Positions 53,394-64,000 are shown, counted from the stretch's first letter. The stretch is DNA of 64,000 nucleotides from Roseibacillus sp. (GCA_965242925.1 CBDEUM010000013.1:96001-160000), one strand, 5' to 3'. Notes: generated from the sequence alone by a model not told the origin. Made by a program: numbers and translations.

Positions 53394-54821
53394 ATGACTC
53401 TCGAGAAACTCACCTCCCTTCAGGATCCCAATCCGAAATCGCCTCCTTCCGGCGGGAGACGGCTGCCCGCCGCTCTCCTTCCCATCGGCCTGCTCCTCGC
53501 CTTCATGGCGATCTTCGGGCTGATGTTCGGTTCACGGCTCCTTCCCGTCACCGAAGTGCGCACCGCCCCCGTCATTGCGCTCCGCATCGCTGCCGGAAAG
53601 AACGAGGTGCCGGGTTCCGATTCCTCCCTTCCGGCTCCATCCGGCCAGGGCAAACTCCTCTTCCAATCCTCCGGATGGGTCGAACCGGACCCCTACATCA
53701 TCAATGTCCCCACCCTCGTCAGCGGAGTGATCAGGGAGGTGCTGGTCCTGGAGGGCCAAAGCGTCAAGAAGAACGACGTTCTTGCCACCCTGATCGATGA
53801 TGACGCCAAACTAGACGTTCAGGAAGCCACCCACGCCATTGCCACTCTCGACGCCACCCAGGTCGCCCACTGCGCCCAGCTCCCGGTTCTCAATGCCGAG
53901 ATGCACGCCGTGCAGCAACGGATCAAATCCGAAAAGGCCCTGCACGCCGAACTGCTCGACACAGCCACCCGCCTGGCCTCGATCCCGCCGGGATCCGTAT
54001 CCGCCCAGGAGGTCCGTCAGGCACAGCTCAAGGTTGACGCCCAGAAGGCGGTCATCGACGAAACTACCGCAAACCTTGCCGGTGCGCTCGCCAAGATCAA
54101 CAAGGTGGATCTCGAACGGATCACGGTGAATGCAAGAATCAGGGCCGCTCAGACCGAACTCGCCCGCAGACAACTCGCCCTTGAGCGGACCGTGATCAAG
54201 GCTCCCATCGATGGCATTGTTCTCCATCTCCACGCCGCACCGGGAAAAAAACGAATGCTGGAGAGCGACGATCCCTCCAGCGCCCTCATCGTTGAGCTCT
54301 ACGAACCCGGGAAGTTGCAGGCCCGTATCGATGTCCCCCTCACGGAAGCCGCCTCTCTGCAGATCGGGCAGCCGGTCATTCTCACCACCGACCTCCTCCC
54401 CGACGTCAGGTTCAAGGGAGAAGTAACCCGCATCGTGGGCGAGGCCGACCTGCAGCGCAACACTCTCCAGACCAAGGTCCGCCTTCACGAGCCCGACGTC
54501 CGCCTGCGTCCTCAGATGCTGGTACGCGCCGAGTTCTACCCGGGTGGAAATGCCGATTCTGAAACCAGCCCCTCCAGTGACGGACCGCGCCTCGCCATCT
54601 TCGCGCCGGAGGAAGCCCTCTTCGATCGTTCGCAGAGCTCGGCCCGGGGCTGGATCGTCGAGGACGGCCGCGCGCGGCTTCGGACTCTCAAGGTGGGTTC
54701 CGAAAAGCGCGAGCAACACCTCCGGATCATCGACGGCCTTCGCCCCGGCGATCAGGTTATCCTGCCGCCCTTCGGGGACCTGGAGGAAAACCAGCGTGTC
54801 AGAATCACCAATCCCTCCTGA
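53394..54821 (+). CDS. efflux periplasmic adaptor (membrane fusion protein)
   Basis: TM anchor, SGWVEPDP, VLVLEGQSVKK lipoyl halves, coiled coil, IKAPIDG, LRPQML. Confidence 0.9.
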   Translation: MTLEKLTSLQDPNPKSPPSGGRRLPAALLPIGLLLAFMAIFGLMFGSRLLPVTEVRTAPVIALRIAAGKNEVPGSDSSLPAPSGQGKLLFQSSGWVEPDPYIINVPTLVSGVIREVLVLEGQSVKKNDVLATLIDDDAKLDVQEATHAIATLDATQVAHCAQLPVLNAEMHAVQQRIKSEKALHAELLDTATRLASIPPGSVSAQEVRQAQLKVDAQKAVIDETTANLAGALAKINKVDLERITVNARIRAAQTELARRQLALERTVIKAPIDGIVLHLHAAPGKKRMLESDDPSSALIVELYEPGKLQARIDVPLTEAASLQIGQPVILTTDLLPDVRFKGEVTRIVGEADLQRNTLQTKVRLHEPDVRLRPQMLVRAEFYPGGNADSETSPSSDGPRLAIFAPEEALFDRSQSSARGWIVEDGRARLRTLKVGSEKREQHLRIIDGLRPGDQVILPPFGDLEENQRVRITNPS

Positions 54822-54853
54822 GGGCCAAGCTCGATCAACACCCCCGTTTTCAC

Positions 54854-55549
54854 GTGTCCACCTCCCTCATCCAGATCCGCAATCTGACCAAGTCCTTCCG
54901 CAAGGGCTCCAACCTCATCACGCCCCTGGAGAACCTGAGCCTCGACGTTTCCCGGGGCGAGTTTCTCGCCCTCATGGGACCATCCGGTTCCGGGAAGACC
55001 ACCCTGCTCAATCTCATCGCCGGCATTGACACTCCCAGCAGCGGGGAACTCATCATCGACGCACAGGACCTGGGGGCCCTTTCCCGTGCCGAACTCACGA
55101 GGTGGCGTTCCCTGCAGGTGGGCTATATTTTCCAGCTCTACCACCTCGTCCCGATCCTCTCCGCTTACGAGAACGTCGAACTTCCCCTGCTTCTGCAATC
55201 CCTCAGCCGCATCCAGCGCCGGACCCGGGTGGAAACCGCCCTTGAACTCGTGGGCCTCTCCGACCGGTCCCACCACCGGCCGGCCGAACTCTCCGGTGGC
55301 CAGGAACAACGTGTCGCCATCGCCCGGGCCATCGTGCACGATCCCGGACTCCTCGTGGCCGATGAACCCACGGGAGATCTGGACGGAGAATCCGCGGGCT
55401 CCGTACTCGACCTCCTCCGTTCCCTTTCCCGTGATCACGGCAAGACCATCGTGATGGTCACTCACGATCCCAGGGCCGCCGCGGTGGCGGACCGCACCCT
55501 CCACCTTGACAAGGGTCAACTCGTCACTCCCGAACCGGCACACAGATAA
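54854..55549 (+). CDS. MacB/LolD-type ABC ATPase
   Basis: [37 protein letters not shown]. Confidence 0.95.
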   Translation: MSTSLIQIRNLTKSFRKGSNLITPLENLSLDVSRGEFLALMGPSGSGKTTLLNLIAGIDTPSSGELIIDAQDLGALSRAELTRWRSLQVGYIFQLYHLVPILSAYENVELPLLLQSLSRIQRRTRVETALELVGLSDRSHHRPAELSGGQEQRVAIARAIVHDPGLLVADEPTGDLDGESAGSVLDLLRSLSRDHGKTIVMVTHDPRAAAVADRTLHLDKGQLVTPEPAHR

Positions 55550-55565
55550 ACAGAATCCCGGTCCC

Positions 55566-56699
55566 ATGCTTTCCCTCGCTCTCAAGAACATCTTCCGCCA
55601 CCGCCTGCGTTCCTTCCTCACCATGGCAGGGGTGGCAGCCGGCATGTTTCTGTTCACCGCGGTGGAAACCATGCAGTATTCCCTGGCCCGGGTCACCAGG
55701 GCCGGGGCCGACGACACCACGCTGGTCGTCTACCGGGAAAACCGCTTCTGTCCCGCAACCTCCCGCCTCCCGGAACACTACCTCCCCACCATCGAAAAGA
55801 TCGAGGGCGTGCGCGAAGTCATTCCCATCCAGATCGCAGTCAACAACTGCGGGGCCAGCCTCGATGTCATCACCTTCCGCGGAGTCCCCGTCGAAACCCT
55901 GCGCAGGTACAACCCCGATCTGAGCATGGTCGCTGGTTCCTTCGAGAACTGGGCCAGACGCTCGGACGCCGCACTCGTGGGACAGACCTTCGCCCAACGC
56001 CGCGGACTCAGGACCGGCGACAGTTTTGAGGCGGTTGGCATCAACGTCCACGTCGCCGGCATCATCCAGTCGGAAGAGAGTCAGGACAACAACGTCGCCT
56101 ATGTCCACCTGCCCTTCCTTCAGCAGGCCTCCAACGTGGGACTGGGAACCGTCACCCAATTCAACGTCAAGGTCGATTCCGCCGATCTTCTCGACCCGGT
56201 GGCCCGGAAAATTGATGCCACCTTCCAGGCCGACTCACAGCCCACGGCCACCCGTCCGGAGAAGGCCTTCTTTGCCGAGACCGCCAAGCAGATGATCGAA
56301 CTCATCGGCTTCACCCACTGGCTCGGACTGGGAGCGGTGGCCGCCGTCCTGGGACTGGTTGCCAATGCCGTCCTGCTCATCGTGCGCGGCCGCGTCAGGG
56401 AAACCGCCGTCCTGCAGGCCCTCGGGTTTTCCCGGTTCCGCATCGCCAGCCTTGTCGCCACCGAGGGTCTGCTCCTCGGACTCATGGGTGGCGCCCTGGG
56501 AGTAGTCTCCGCCTTCCTCTTCCTGCATTGGCAATCCTACACCCTGGGCAATGAGGGTCTCACCCTCGCCATCACTCCGAGCCCGGCTGTCCTCCTCAAG
56601 GGTCTCCTGGTCGCATTTGTCCTCGGCCTGGGCGCCTCTCTCTACCCCGCCTGGCGCGCCTCCCGCCAACCCCTCGTCGAATCCCTCAACACTGCCTGA
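55566..56699 (+). CDS. FtsX/MacB-type ABC permease
   Basis: KNIFRHRLRSFLT, periplasmic domain, RVRETAVLQALGF, YPAWRASR. Confidence 0.9.
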   Translation: MLSLALKNIFRHRLRSFLTMAGVAAGMFLFTAVETMQYSLARVTRAGADDTTLVVYRENRFCPATSRLPEHYLPTIEKIEGVREVIPIQIAVNNCGASLDVITFRGVPVETLRRYNPDLSMVAGSFENWARRSDAALVGQTFAQRRGLRTGDSFEAVGINVHVAGIIQSEESQDNNVAYVHLPFLQQASNVGLGTVTQFNVKVDSADLLDPVARKIDATFQADSQPTATRPEKAFFAETAKQMIELIGFTHWLGLGAVAAVLGLVANAVLLIVRGRVRETAVLQALGFSRFRIASLVATEGLLLGLMGGALGVVSAFLFLHWQSYTLGNEGLTLAITPSPAVLLKGLLVAFVLGLGASLYPAWRASRQPLVESLNTA

Positions 56700-56733
56700 C
56701 CCCTGAAACTCCAGCCCTGACTGGCTTCTCCCC

Positions 56734-57882
56734 ATGCTCCCCATCACCTACGCCATCCGGAATCTCTTCCGCGACCCTGGCCGCCTCTTCCAGACGGTGG
56801 CCGGCAGCGCGTTGGTGGTCCTCCTCGTGATTGCGGCCATCGCCCTCAATCATGGCATGGAAGAGGTGCTGCAGACTTCCGGGTCGAGTACGAACGTGAT
56901 TCTGGTGGGAGCGGGCAGCGAGGAGAGCGTGGAACGCTCTGAAGTCCATCTCGATGCGGAAGCCGCCGCCGCCACCGCCGTCCCCGGCCTGGCTCGTCCT
57001 CTCGGCAGCACCGCTGCCTCCGGCGAGATTGTCTACATGGCACCCCTCAAACTCGCGGGGGGGCAGGAGCAGCCTTCCCTCCTCCGTGGCGTCACTGAAA
57101 AGGCTCTCCTGGTCCACAACCGCGTGCGTCTTCTTGAAGGCTCGTTTCCACGACCCGGAGAGGTGATGGTGGGGCGTCTTCTGCACCGGCGCTTCGGGGT
57201 TCCGTCCCACGATCTTGCCCCCGGCAAACGCCTCTCCTTCGGCCGGACTGCATTCACGATCTCCGGTGTCTTCGAGGCCTCCGGGACCGTCCTCGAATCG
57301 GAAGCCTGGTTCGACCGCAACGACCTTTCCACCCTCACCCAGCGCGACACGCTGTCCGCCATCTATCTTCGCCTCGACGACGCCGAATTCGACGATGTCC
57401 ACGTCTTCACCCTCCAGCGGAACGATCTCGAACTCTCTGCCATCCGGGAGGATCTCTACTACGAGAAACTGAGCGTCTTTTACGCTCCCATCCGGGCCAT
57501 GATCTGGATCACCACCGCTCTCGTCGGGGCGGGCGCCCTCTTTGGAGGACTCAATACCCTCTACGCCGCCTTCGCCTCACGCATCCGCGAGATGGCCACC
57601 CTGCAATGCCTCGGCTACACCCGGCGCGCCCTCCTTCTCTCCTTCATCCAGGAGTCTCTCCTCGCCACCCTCAGCGGCTCCCTGATCGCCTTCACCCTGG
57701 CGCTGGTTCTCCTGGATGGCCGCAGCATCCCCTTCTCCCTGGGCACCTTCACCATCGAACTCACTCCCGCCATCATTCTCGCCGGGCTCGCCACCGGGGT
57801 GGGCCTTGGAACGCTCGGCACGCTCCCCCCCGCGCTGCGGTGTCTCAAGCCCTCCCTGCCCGTTGCTCTCCGCTCCTCCTGA
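56734..57882 (+). CDS. FtsX/MacB-type ABC permease (second subunit)
   Basis: YAIRNLFR, NTLYAAFASRIREMATLQCLGY, PPALRCLK. Confidence 0.9.
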   Translation: MLPITYAIRNLFRDPGRLFQTVAGSALVVLLVIAAIALNHGMEEVLQTSGSSTNVILVGAGSEESVERSEVHLDAEAAAATAVPGLARPLGSTAASGEIVYMAPLKLAGGQEQPSLLRGVTEKALLVHNRVRLLEGSFPRPGEVMVGRLLHRRFGVPSHDLAPGKRLSFGRTAFTISGVFEASGTVLESEAWFDRNDLSTLTQRDTLSAIYLRLDDAEFDDVHVFTLQRNDLELSAIREDLYYEKLSVFYAPIRAMIWITTALVGAGALFGGLNTLYAAFASRIREMATLQCLGYTRRALLLSFIQESLLATLSGSLIAFTLALVLLDGRSIPFSLGTFTIELTPAIILAGLATGVGLGTLGTLPPALRCLKPSLPVALRSS

Positions 57883-57893
57883 CCCTCAGCCCC

Positions 57894-58973
57894 ATGGCCT
57901 CCTGCTGCTCCAAATCCGAACCCGAACAACCGGACCAGTCCCCCTGCTGCGCCCCCGGGCGGAAGATCGACTGGCTCTTCTGGACCTGCCTGGTGGTGGT
58001 CGCTGGAGCCTACCTTGCTCAGTTGTTCTTCCACCGCTCCCTCGCCGGCTCCCGCCTTGGTGACTTCACCCACGGCGCCTTCGAAATGACGAACAGGATG
58101 TGGTGGGGCATCCTCTTCGGCGTCGGCGCGATGGGCCTGATCGGGATGATCCCGCGCGAGTTCATCACCGCCATCCTCGGGCCGGGCGGACGATTCTCCG
58201 GCATCCTCCGCGCCTGCGGGGCCGGACTCCTCCTCGACCTCTGCAACCACGGCATCCTGATGGTGGGCATGAAACTCTATGAACGGGGTGCCTCTCTCGG
58301 CCAGGTCTTCGCCTTCCTCATCGCCAGCCCCTGGAACTCCCTTTCCACCACTCTCATTCTCATCGCCCTCATCGGCCTCCCGTGGACGCTCACCATCATC
58401 GCCCTTTCCGCCGTGATCGGCATAACCACCGGGCTCATCACCGAGTTTCTTGTGCGGATCGGCTCCCTTGCTCCCAACCCCCACCAAAAGGATCTGCCCC
58501 CCGACTTTCAGTTCTGGCCGACTGCCAGGCATCGTTACGCAGCGGCCACTTTTGACCGCGCCTTCTTCCGGGATCACACCAGGCGGGCCCTGGCGGAATC
58601 CCGCATGATCGTACGCTGGATCCTTCTGGGCGTCGTTCTCGTCGCAGTCCTCCGGGCCATCTTTGATCCCTCGACTTTTGCCCAGTGGTTTGGTCCTACG
58701 GTGGCCGGACTCGCTCTCACCTTCCTCGCCGCCACTGTCATTGAGGTCTGCTCCGAAGGCTCCAGCCCCCTGGCCGCCGATCTTCTCACCAGGGCAGGGG
58801 CCCCCGGGAACGGCTTCGCCTTTCTCATGGCGGGCGCAGCCACCGATTACACCGAAGTCCTGGCCCTCCGCGAGACTACCAGGTCCTGGAAGCTCGCCCT
58901 CGCCCTTCCCCTGCTGGCCTCTCCCCAGATCCTGATCATCGCCTGGCTCCTCAACCAACCGCTGCCTCTCTAG
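57894..58973 (+). CDS. ArsP/DUF318-family permease
   Basis: N-terminal MASCCSK...PCC; paired motifs DLCNHG and EVCSEGS; GASLGQVFAFLIASP; GNGFAFLMAGAATD. Confidence 0.82.
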   Translation: MASCCSKSEPEQPDQSPCCAPGRKIDWLFWTCLVVVAGAYLAQLFFHRSLAGSRLGDFTHGAFEMTNRMWWGILFGVGAMGLIGMIPREFITAILGPGGRFSGILRACGAGLLLDLCNHGILMVGMKLYERGASLGQVFAFLIASPWNSLSTTLILIALIGLPWTLTIIALSAVIGITTGLITEFLVRIGSLAPNPHQKDLPPDFQFWPTARHRYAAATFDRAFFRDHTRRALAESRMIVRWILLGVVLVAVLRAIFDPSTFAQWFGPTVAGLALTFLAATVIEVCSEGSSPLAADLLTRAGAPGNGFAFLMAGAATDYTEVLALRETTRSWKLALALPLLASPQILIIAWLLNQPLPL

Positions 58974-59011
58974 GCAGTTCCAACAAAACCTCCCAATTCA
59001 ACCAAAGCGAC

Positions 59012-59593
59012 ATGACCATGAAATCCAATTCCCTCCTCCTCACCATCCCACTCTCCCTCGCCCTGATATCCTGCGACAGCAGCAACAGGGATGCAGACAA
59101 GGACAAGAGTCCGGACGACTCCGCTCCGCATGCCCTCTCCGCGGTTCTTCTCACCGAACCCCCGGAGGATGCAGTTACCATCACGGAAGCTCGTCAAAAC
59201 CCGGCCCCCGGAACCAAGGTCATCCTCTCCGGCAAGGTGATGGGCAACGAGAACCCGATCATCAAGTCCCGCGCTCTCCTGACTCTCGGGGACCCTGCCA
59301 AGATAACCTCCTGTGACCTGGTTCCCGGCGACGAATGCCCAACCCCCTGGGATGTCTGCTGTGACGACCCGGATGTGGTTACCGCCAGCATCGCCACCAT
59401 CCAGGTCCTCGACGAACAGGGCAAGCCACTCAAGGCCGGGTTGCGGGGACTCGGCGGCCTGAAGGAACTCAGCTCCCTTGTCGTGGTGGGCGAGGTGGCG
59501 GAGGGATCCAGCGAAAACAATTTCCTGATCAACGCCACCGGCATCCACGTTGCCATGGCGGAAGCTACGAAGGAAAACGCGGCCAAACAGTGA
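59012..59593 (+). CDS. hypothetical lipoprotein with a Cys cluster
   Basis: Lipobox LALISC; SCD...ECPTPWDVCCDD. Confidence 0.8.
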   Translation: MTMKSNSLLLTIPLSLALISCDSSNRDADKDKSPDDSAPHALSAVLLTEPPEDAVTITEARQNPAPGTKVILSGKVMGNENPIIKSRALLTLGDPAKITSCDLVPGDECPTPWDVCCDDPDVVTASIATIQVLDEQGKPLKAGLRGLGGLKELSSLVVVGEVAEGSSENNFLINATGIHVAMAEATKENAAKQ

Positions 59594-60955
59594 TCAGGAC
59601 CCCCTCCATCCTCGCGCTTGTTTCTGCGCTTCTCGTCTCCTGTGCGCAACACCGTGCCCGGCAACAGCCCCGGGAGGTGTTCCAGCGCGGAGAGGAGTGG
59701 AAGCATGCGCCCTCCTGGGCCAGTGCCTCCCTGCGTCAGGATTGGTGGAAGTCCTTCCGCGACTCCCGGCTCAATTCCCACCTCGTCACCTCGCTCGCCC
59801 ACAATCCCGGGCTCCGCGTCCTGAGCACCCGCCTGGAACGTGCCCGCGCCCAGACCGGGCAGGCTCGCGCCGCGGCCTGGCCGTCCATCAATCTCAGCAG
59901 TGGCCTCGTCTTCGGCAACGAACAAACGCGCATGACGCGGTTCTCGCCCACCGATCTCGAACCATGGGCCAGCACGGGATCCGTTTCATGGGAACTTGAT
60001 CTCTTTGGGCGGCTCCACGCCGGCACGCGATCCGCCCGGGAAGCCGAGCAGGCCGCCTTCTGGGATCTCCACGCCGGCCGCCTGCTCGTGGCCACCCGGG
60101 TGGTCGACGCTCACTTCCGCGCCCTCCGTCTTAACGAAGAGCGTTCCCTGATCGCCGATTCCATTGCTGCCAACAGGAAAATCGTGGAAGTCCGGCGGGA
60201 GAGAAAAAAGGCCGGCCTGCTCTCCGATACCGAACTGCTCCGGCACGAAGCCGAACACGAAAGTCTCACGCGTACCCTTCTCGATCTTGACCGCTTGCGT
60301 GGCCTCGCGCACCTGCAACTCGAGACCCTCTGCGGTGGGAAGCTCCCTGCCCCGCACCTCCAGCCGCCTCGCTGCCATCCGCACCCCCCCCCTGCCCATG
60401 CGCACCACCTCCGCGGTCATGACCAGACGCCCCGATCTTCTGGCAGCGGAATCCCGGGTACGCTCGGCCTTTCAGCTCGAGGAATCGGCCCGCCTGCACC
60501 TTCTGCCTTCCCTCACTCTCGGCGCGGGAGCAAGTGGCGAAAGCGCCTCCCTCCTCTCCGGGTTCCGCGAGTGGACAGCCTCCGTCGGTCCCCAGCTCGA
60601 CATTCCCATTTATGATCCCCGGCGTCTCGCCTCGGTGGATGTGCGCCGTGCCGCGACCGACGAGGCCGCGGCGCTCTACCGCCGCAAGGCCCTTCTTGCC
60701 TTCCAGGAGGTGGAAGGATCCTACCTCAACCTGGCCAGCCGACACCGCCAGCTGCAGATTGCCCAACGTGAAGTGACGGCCCTTGAAAAGGTGCGCGAAA
60801 ACACCCTGGCCACCTTTGATAATGGCATTGTCTCTCTCATCGAACTCCTCGAAAGCGAGAGGCGCAGTCTTGAGGGAAAACGACAGAGACTGGCCCTCCG
60901 GCACGCTCTCCTGAGGGATCATCTCGCCCTCATTCGCGCCCTCGGAGGGGGCTAA
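59590..60955 (+). CDS. TolC/NodT-family outer-membrane efflux lipoprotein, frameshifted near 60340-60370
   Basis: LLVSC, DWWKSFRDSRLN and SWELDLFGRL in ORF 59590; RRPDLLAAE and AFQEVE continue in ORF 60164-60955. Confidence 0.82.
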
Positions 60956-61036
60956 GACCCCCGCAAATCCCCATGTATTTCCCCGCAATCAGGATTTCCC
61001 CACCCCCTCACACCGCGTTGCGCGGCGGAAATCCCC

Positions 61037-61065
61037 TTGTCGAAAGGAAACTCCAAAAGTATGTT
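61037..61065 (+). promoter_or_regulatory. sigma70-like promoter implying a leaderless transcript
   Basis: TTGTCG-N17-TATGTT, with GTG 6 nt downstream. Confidence 0.55.
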
Positions 61066-61071
61066 GGAGAC

Positions 61072-61512
61072 GTGCGCCGCGTGGCCAACACCCTCCTCCT
61101 CTTCTTCCTCTCGACCGGGTTACTCCTGCCGAACACCCCGGCGCGGGCTCACGAAGTGACCTGTCACGGCGACGATTGCACAACCCATCTGATCATTGAT
61201 CACCACGAGGTCACCCCTCCCGCCGAGTGTCCCTGCGACCATGATCACGACCCTGCTCCCGGGGAGGACATTCCCCTCGACCACGAGGGGACCAGCCCTC
61301 AGGACCAGCACGAGGAGGATGACTGCCCTCTCCACGGTCACGAACATCATCATCATAACTGCGTGTGCACGGCAGTGAGCGCCTTTGGCATCATGGACGA
61401 GCATGCCCTCGCCCTGCATCCTCCCTTTACAGCTCATCTTATCGCTGGGGGAGAGCCAATTTTTATTCCGGACCCACCGGTCAGCCTGCTTGACCGGCCT
61501 CCCTGCCACTAG
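61072..61512 (+). CDS. His/Cys-rich leader protein (CzcI-like) ending LLDRPPCH
   Basis: Signal peptide MRRVANTLLLFFLSTGLLLPNTPARA; CPCDHDHD; CPLHGHEHHHHNCVC; DRPP at the C-terminus. Confidence 0.7.
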   Translation: MRRVANTLLLFFLSTGLLLPNTPARAHEVTCHGDDCTTHLIIDHHEVTPPAECPCDHDHDPAPGEDIPLDHEGTSPQDQHEEDDCPLHGHEHHHHNCVCTAVSAFGIMDEHALALHPPFTAHLIAGGEPIFIPDPPVSLLDRPPCH

Positions 61513-61681
61513 CGGACCCCGGTCCGCCAGGCCTCCCACATGCGGCACGATTGCTTGCCGGGATGCCTCTCTTCTTCCGTCCCGCACGGCGCCTGCGGAC
61601 TGACCGGGAATGCACCCTCCACTCTTCGACCTCCCGGAGTTTCTCCGGTATCGCTCTATTTCCATTTCAACCTTCGTCCTC

Positions 61682-62918
61682 ATGAACAGACTCTTCCTCC
61701 TCACGATCACCGCCGTCGCCCTGACGGTCTCCGGACTTGTCCCCGCCCGGGGGGCCTCCTCCGGCCTGATCGTGACCTTCGACAACATTCCTCACCGTGT
61801 CCGCCGCGACAATCCGCACCTCGCCGCAGCCCGTCTGCGTATCCAGGAGGCCATCGGTCGCATGCAGCAGGCCGGACGCCGCAGCAATCCCCAGCTGGAA
61901 GGCGGCTTTGCACGAAACGGAACACGCGAGGGCTCCGTCGAGATCTGCCCTCTCCCAGCGCTTTCCCATCACCAACCGCCTCCAGCTCGAAAAGAACATC
62001 TCCGCCATAGAACTGAAGGCTGCCGAAGCCGAAGTAAGGGAGGTGGAGCGCCTGCTGGTCGGCAGGGCCCGCCACGCGCTGGTCGAAGTCCTCACCTTCC
62101 GGCAACGACGATCCCTCCTCAGGCAACAGGCCGCGGTTTCCGCCAAACTGGCCGAATTCATCAAGCAAGCCGCCGAGAAGGGAGAGGAATCTCCCATCGA
62201 TGCGGGTCAGGCCAGGCTGGAAGCGGCCCGCTTCTCCAACGAGATCCGGCAACTGCAGGCCACTGAGACCGCCGCCATCGCAACAATCAAGCCTCTCCTC
62301 GGCATGAACGTCGGTGATGTCCTCAATGTCAGTGGCTCTCTCCCCAAGGCCATCCTGCCTCCCCCTTCCCTCTCGCCCGACCGGCGTCCTGATTACCAGG
62401 CTGCCCAGCTCGCCGCACATGCGGCTGCCAAGAACATCGAACTGGAAAAGGCGCGGCGCTACGAAGACATCGAAGCCGGCCTGGCCGCTGGACTGGAACG
62501 CAGTGAAGACGTCCCCGAAGGGTTCGAGAACGAAGCCGTTGTCGGTCTACGCTTCAAACTGGCCCTCCCTTTCTGGAACAGAAATGAGGGCAATATCTGG
62601 ACTGCCCAGGCCCGGGCCACCCGCAAGGAGAAGGAGAGCGTCGCACTCGCCCACCGTATTCGACACGAGGCCCACGGCAGTCACAGGGAAATGGCGGAGT
62701 GGATCAAGATATTGCAGGAGATCACCGGCAACCTCCTTCCCCTCGCCGCTGAGCAGGCCCAGGCCGCTGAATCCGCCTATCGCGAGGGATTGGCGGACCT
62801 CCCCACCGTGCTACGGGCTCGGGAACAGGAACTCAAGCTGGCCGACTCCCGCATCGAGGCCCTCCGTAGTTTTCACCTCGCCCGCATCCGCTTCGAAACC
62901 GCCATCGCCAGACCCTGA
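61682..62918 (+). CDS. CzcC-like TolC-family outer-membrane protein, +1 frameshift near 61946
   Basis: NPHLAAARLRI...NPQLE; removing one T restores VEIALSQRFP; LPFWNRNEGNI; AYREG. Confidence 0.82.
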
Positions 62919-62930
62919 CCCCACGCCATC

Positions 62931-64000
62931 ATGAAGAGCCGAGCATTACTTTCCCTGGCCACGCTCATGCTGCCCCTTGCCGCAGCCCAGGAAGAACACG
63001 GACCGGCGGAGGATCTTTTCCGTATCCGTCTGGACGAATCCGGTATCCAGAACCTGCGTATCGAAACGGTCGCGGCCGAGGAACGGGACTTTGAGACCAC
63101 TGTCTTTGCCATTGGCCGGATCGAAGAGATCCCCTCCCGGCACTCCGTTCTCTCCTCCCGCATCCCCGGACGGGTGGTCGAACTCAATGCCTTCGTAGGA
63201 GATCAGGTCGAAGCCGGCCAGATTATCGCCCGGATCGAGAGCCGCCAACCGGGAAACCCGCCCCCCACCATCCCGCTCAAGGCCCCCCAGTCCGGCCTCG
63301 TCATCAGCTCCCACGTGCGGATCGGCGAACCAGTGGAGCCGGACAGGGAACTGCTCGATATCTCTGATCGTAGCACCATGTGGGCGGTGGCCAAGGTGCC
63401 GGAGAACGCAGCTGCCCAGGTAAAGCCCGGGAGCAAGGCGCGCCTTCGCATCCCCGCCCTCGGAGATGAGATCCTTCCTGTTACCATGCTGCGCTACGGC
63501 ACCAGCGCCGACCGTCAAGCCGGGACCCTCGAGGCCATCTTCGAAATCGAAAACAAGGAGAAGAAGCTGCAGCCGGGAATGCGGGCCGAGTTTTCCCTCA
63601 TCATCAGTTCGCGACCGTCCGTGCTCGCCATCCCGCGAACAGCGGTCCAAGGCCCTCCGACCAAACGCGTGGTCTTCATCGAGGACTTCGATCTCGACAA
63701 CGTATACGTCCGCGGCCCCGTCGTCCTGGGCGAACAGAACGATCAGTACGTCGAAGTCATCAATGGCCTTTTCCCGCAGGACAAGGTCGTCACCCGCGGA
63801 GCCTACTCGCTCAGCTTCGCCACCGAAGATGGTATGTCCCTGAAGGAGTATCTTGATACCTCCCACGGTCACGAACACAACGAGGATGGTTCAGAGCTGA
63901 CCGGGGAGCAGAAGGCGGCCCAGTCCACGGAAGTCCGGGGGGATCACGACCACGGGGCTGATCACTCCCATCCCTCGATCTATCTCAGGATCTATGCCGG
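62931..64000 (+). CDS. CzcB-like RND periplasmic adaptor (3' end outside window)
   Basis: Manual translation MKSRALLSLATLML...FETTVFAIGRIE...SRIPGRVV...IESRQPGNPPP...LQPGMRAEF...HGHEHNEDG. Confidence 0.85.
   Translation, partial: MKSRALLSLATLMLPLAAAQEEHGPAEDLFRIRLDESGIQNLRIETVAAEERDFETTVFAIGRIEEIPSRHSVLSSRIPGRVVELNAFVGDQVEAGQIIARIESRQPGNPPPTIPLKAPQSGLVISSHVRIGEPVEPDRELLDISDRSTMWAVAKVPENAAAQVKPGSKARLRIPALGDEILPVTMLRYGTSADRQAGTLEAIFEIENKEKKLQPGMRAEFSLIISSRPSVLAIPRTAVQGPPTKRVVFIEDFDLDNVYVRGPVVLGEQNDQYVEVINGLFPQDKVVTRGAYSLSFATEDGMSLKEYLDTSHGHEHNEDGSELTGEQKAAQSTEVRGDHDHGADHSHPSIYLRIYA

Noticed and set aside
1..64000. Genome-wide UGA reassignment (code 4 or 25)
   Set aside because: Many genes end in TGA at their natural family C-terminus or in TGATG/ATGA overlaps (1110, 2066, 23249, 28586), so UGA is normally a stop.

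Overview
GC-rich bacterial chromosomal segment. PEP-CTERM proteins, a sulfatase, a lamin-tail/CotH protein and FG-GAP/ASPIC-UnbV proteins suggest Verrucomicrobiota (inference). Housekeeping genes include tatC, tRNA-Pro(GGG), argCJ, a Fur-family regulator with sufCBD, miaB and xerD. The accessory region holds surface proteins, an arsR-gapdh-arsJ arsenate module and two metal-efflux operons, each led by a Cys/His-rich leader ORF. The main signal is three genes interrupted by a single in-frame TGA, each followed within 14-26 nt by a hairpin with the same GCAGGT apex, resembling the E. coli fdhF SECIS. They are miaB (TGA at the conserved TYG-C-QMN cluster-ligand Cys) and two FG-GAP/ASPIC-UnbV lipoproteins (DDL*SFYWRQV and PDG*SCLWQVV). 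These are candidate selenoproteins. No sel machinery genes lie in the window. At least four genes carry frameshifts, so the assembly may contain errors and the TGAs need read-level confirmation.
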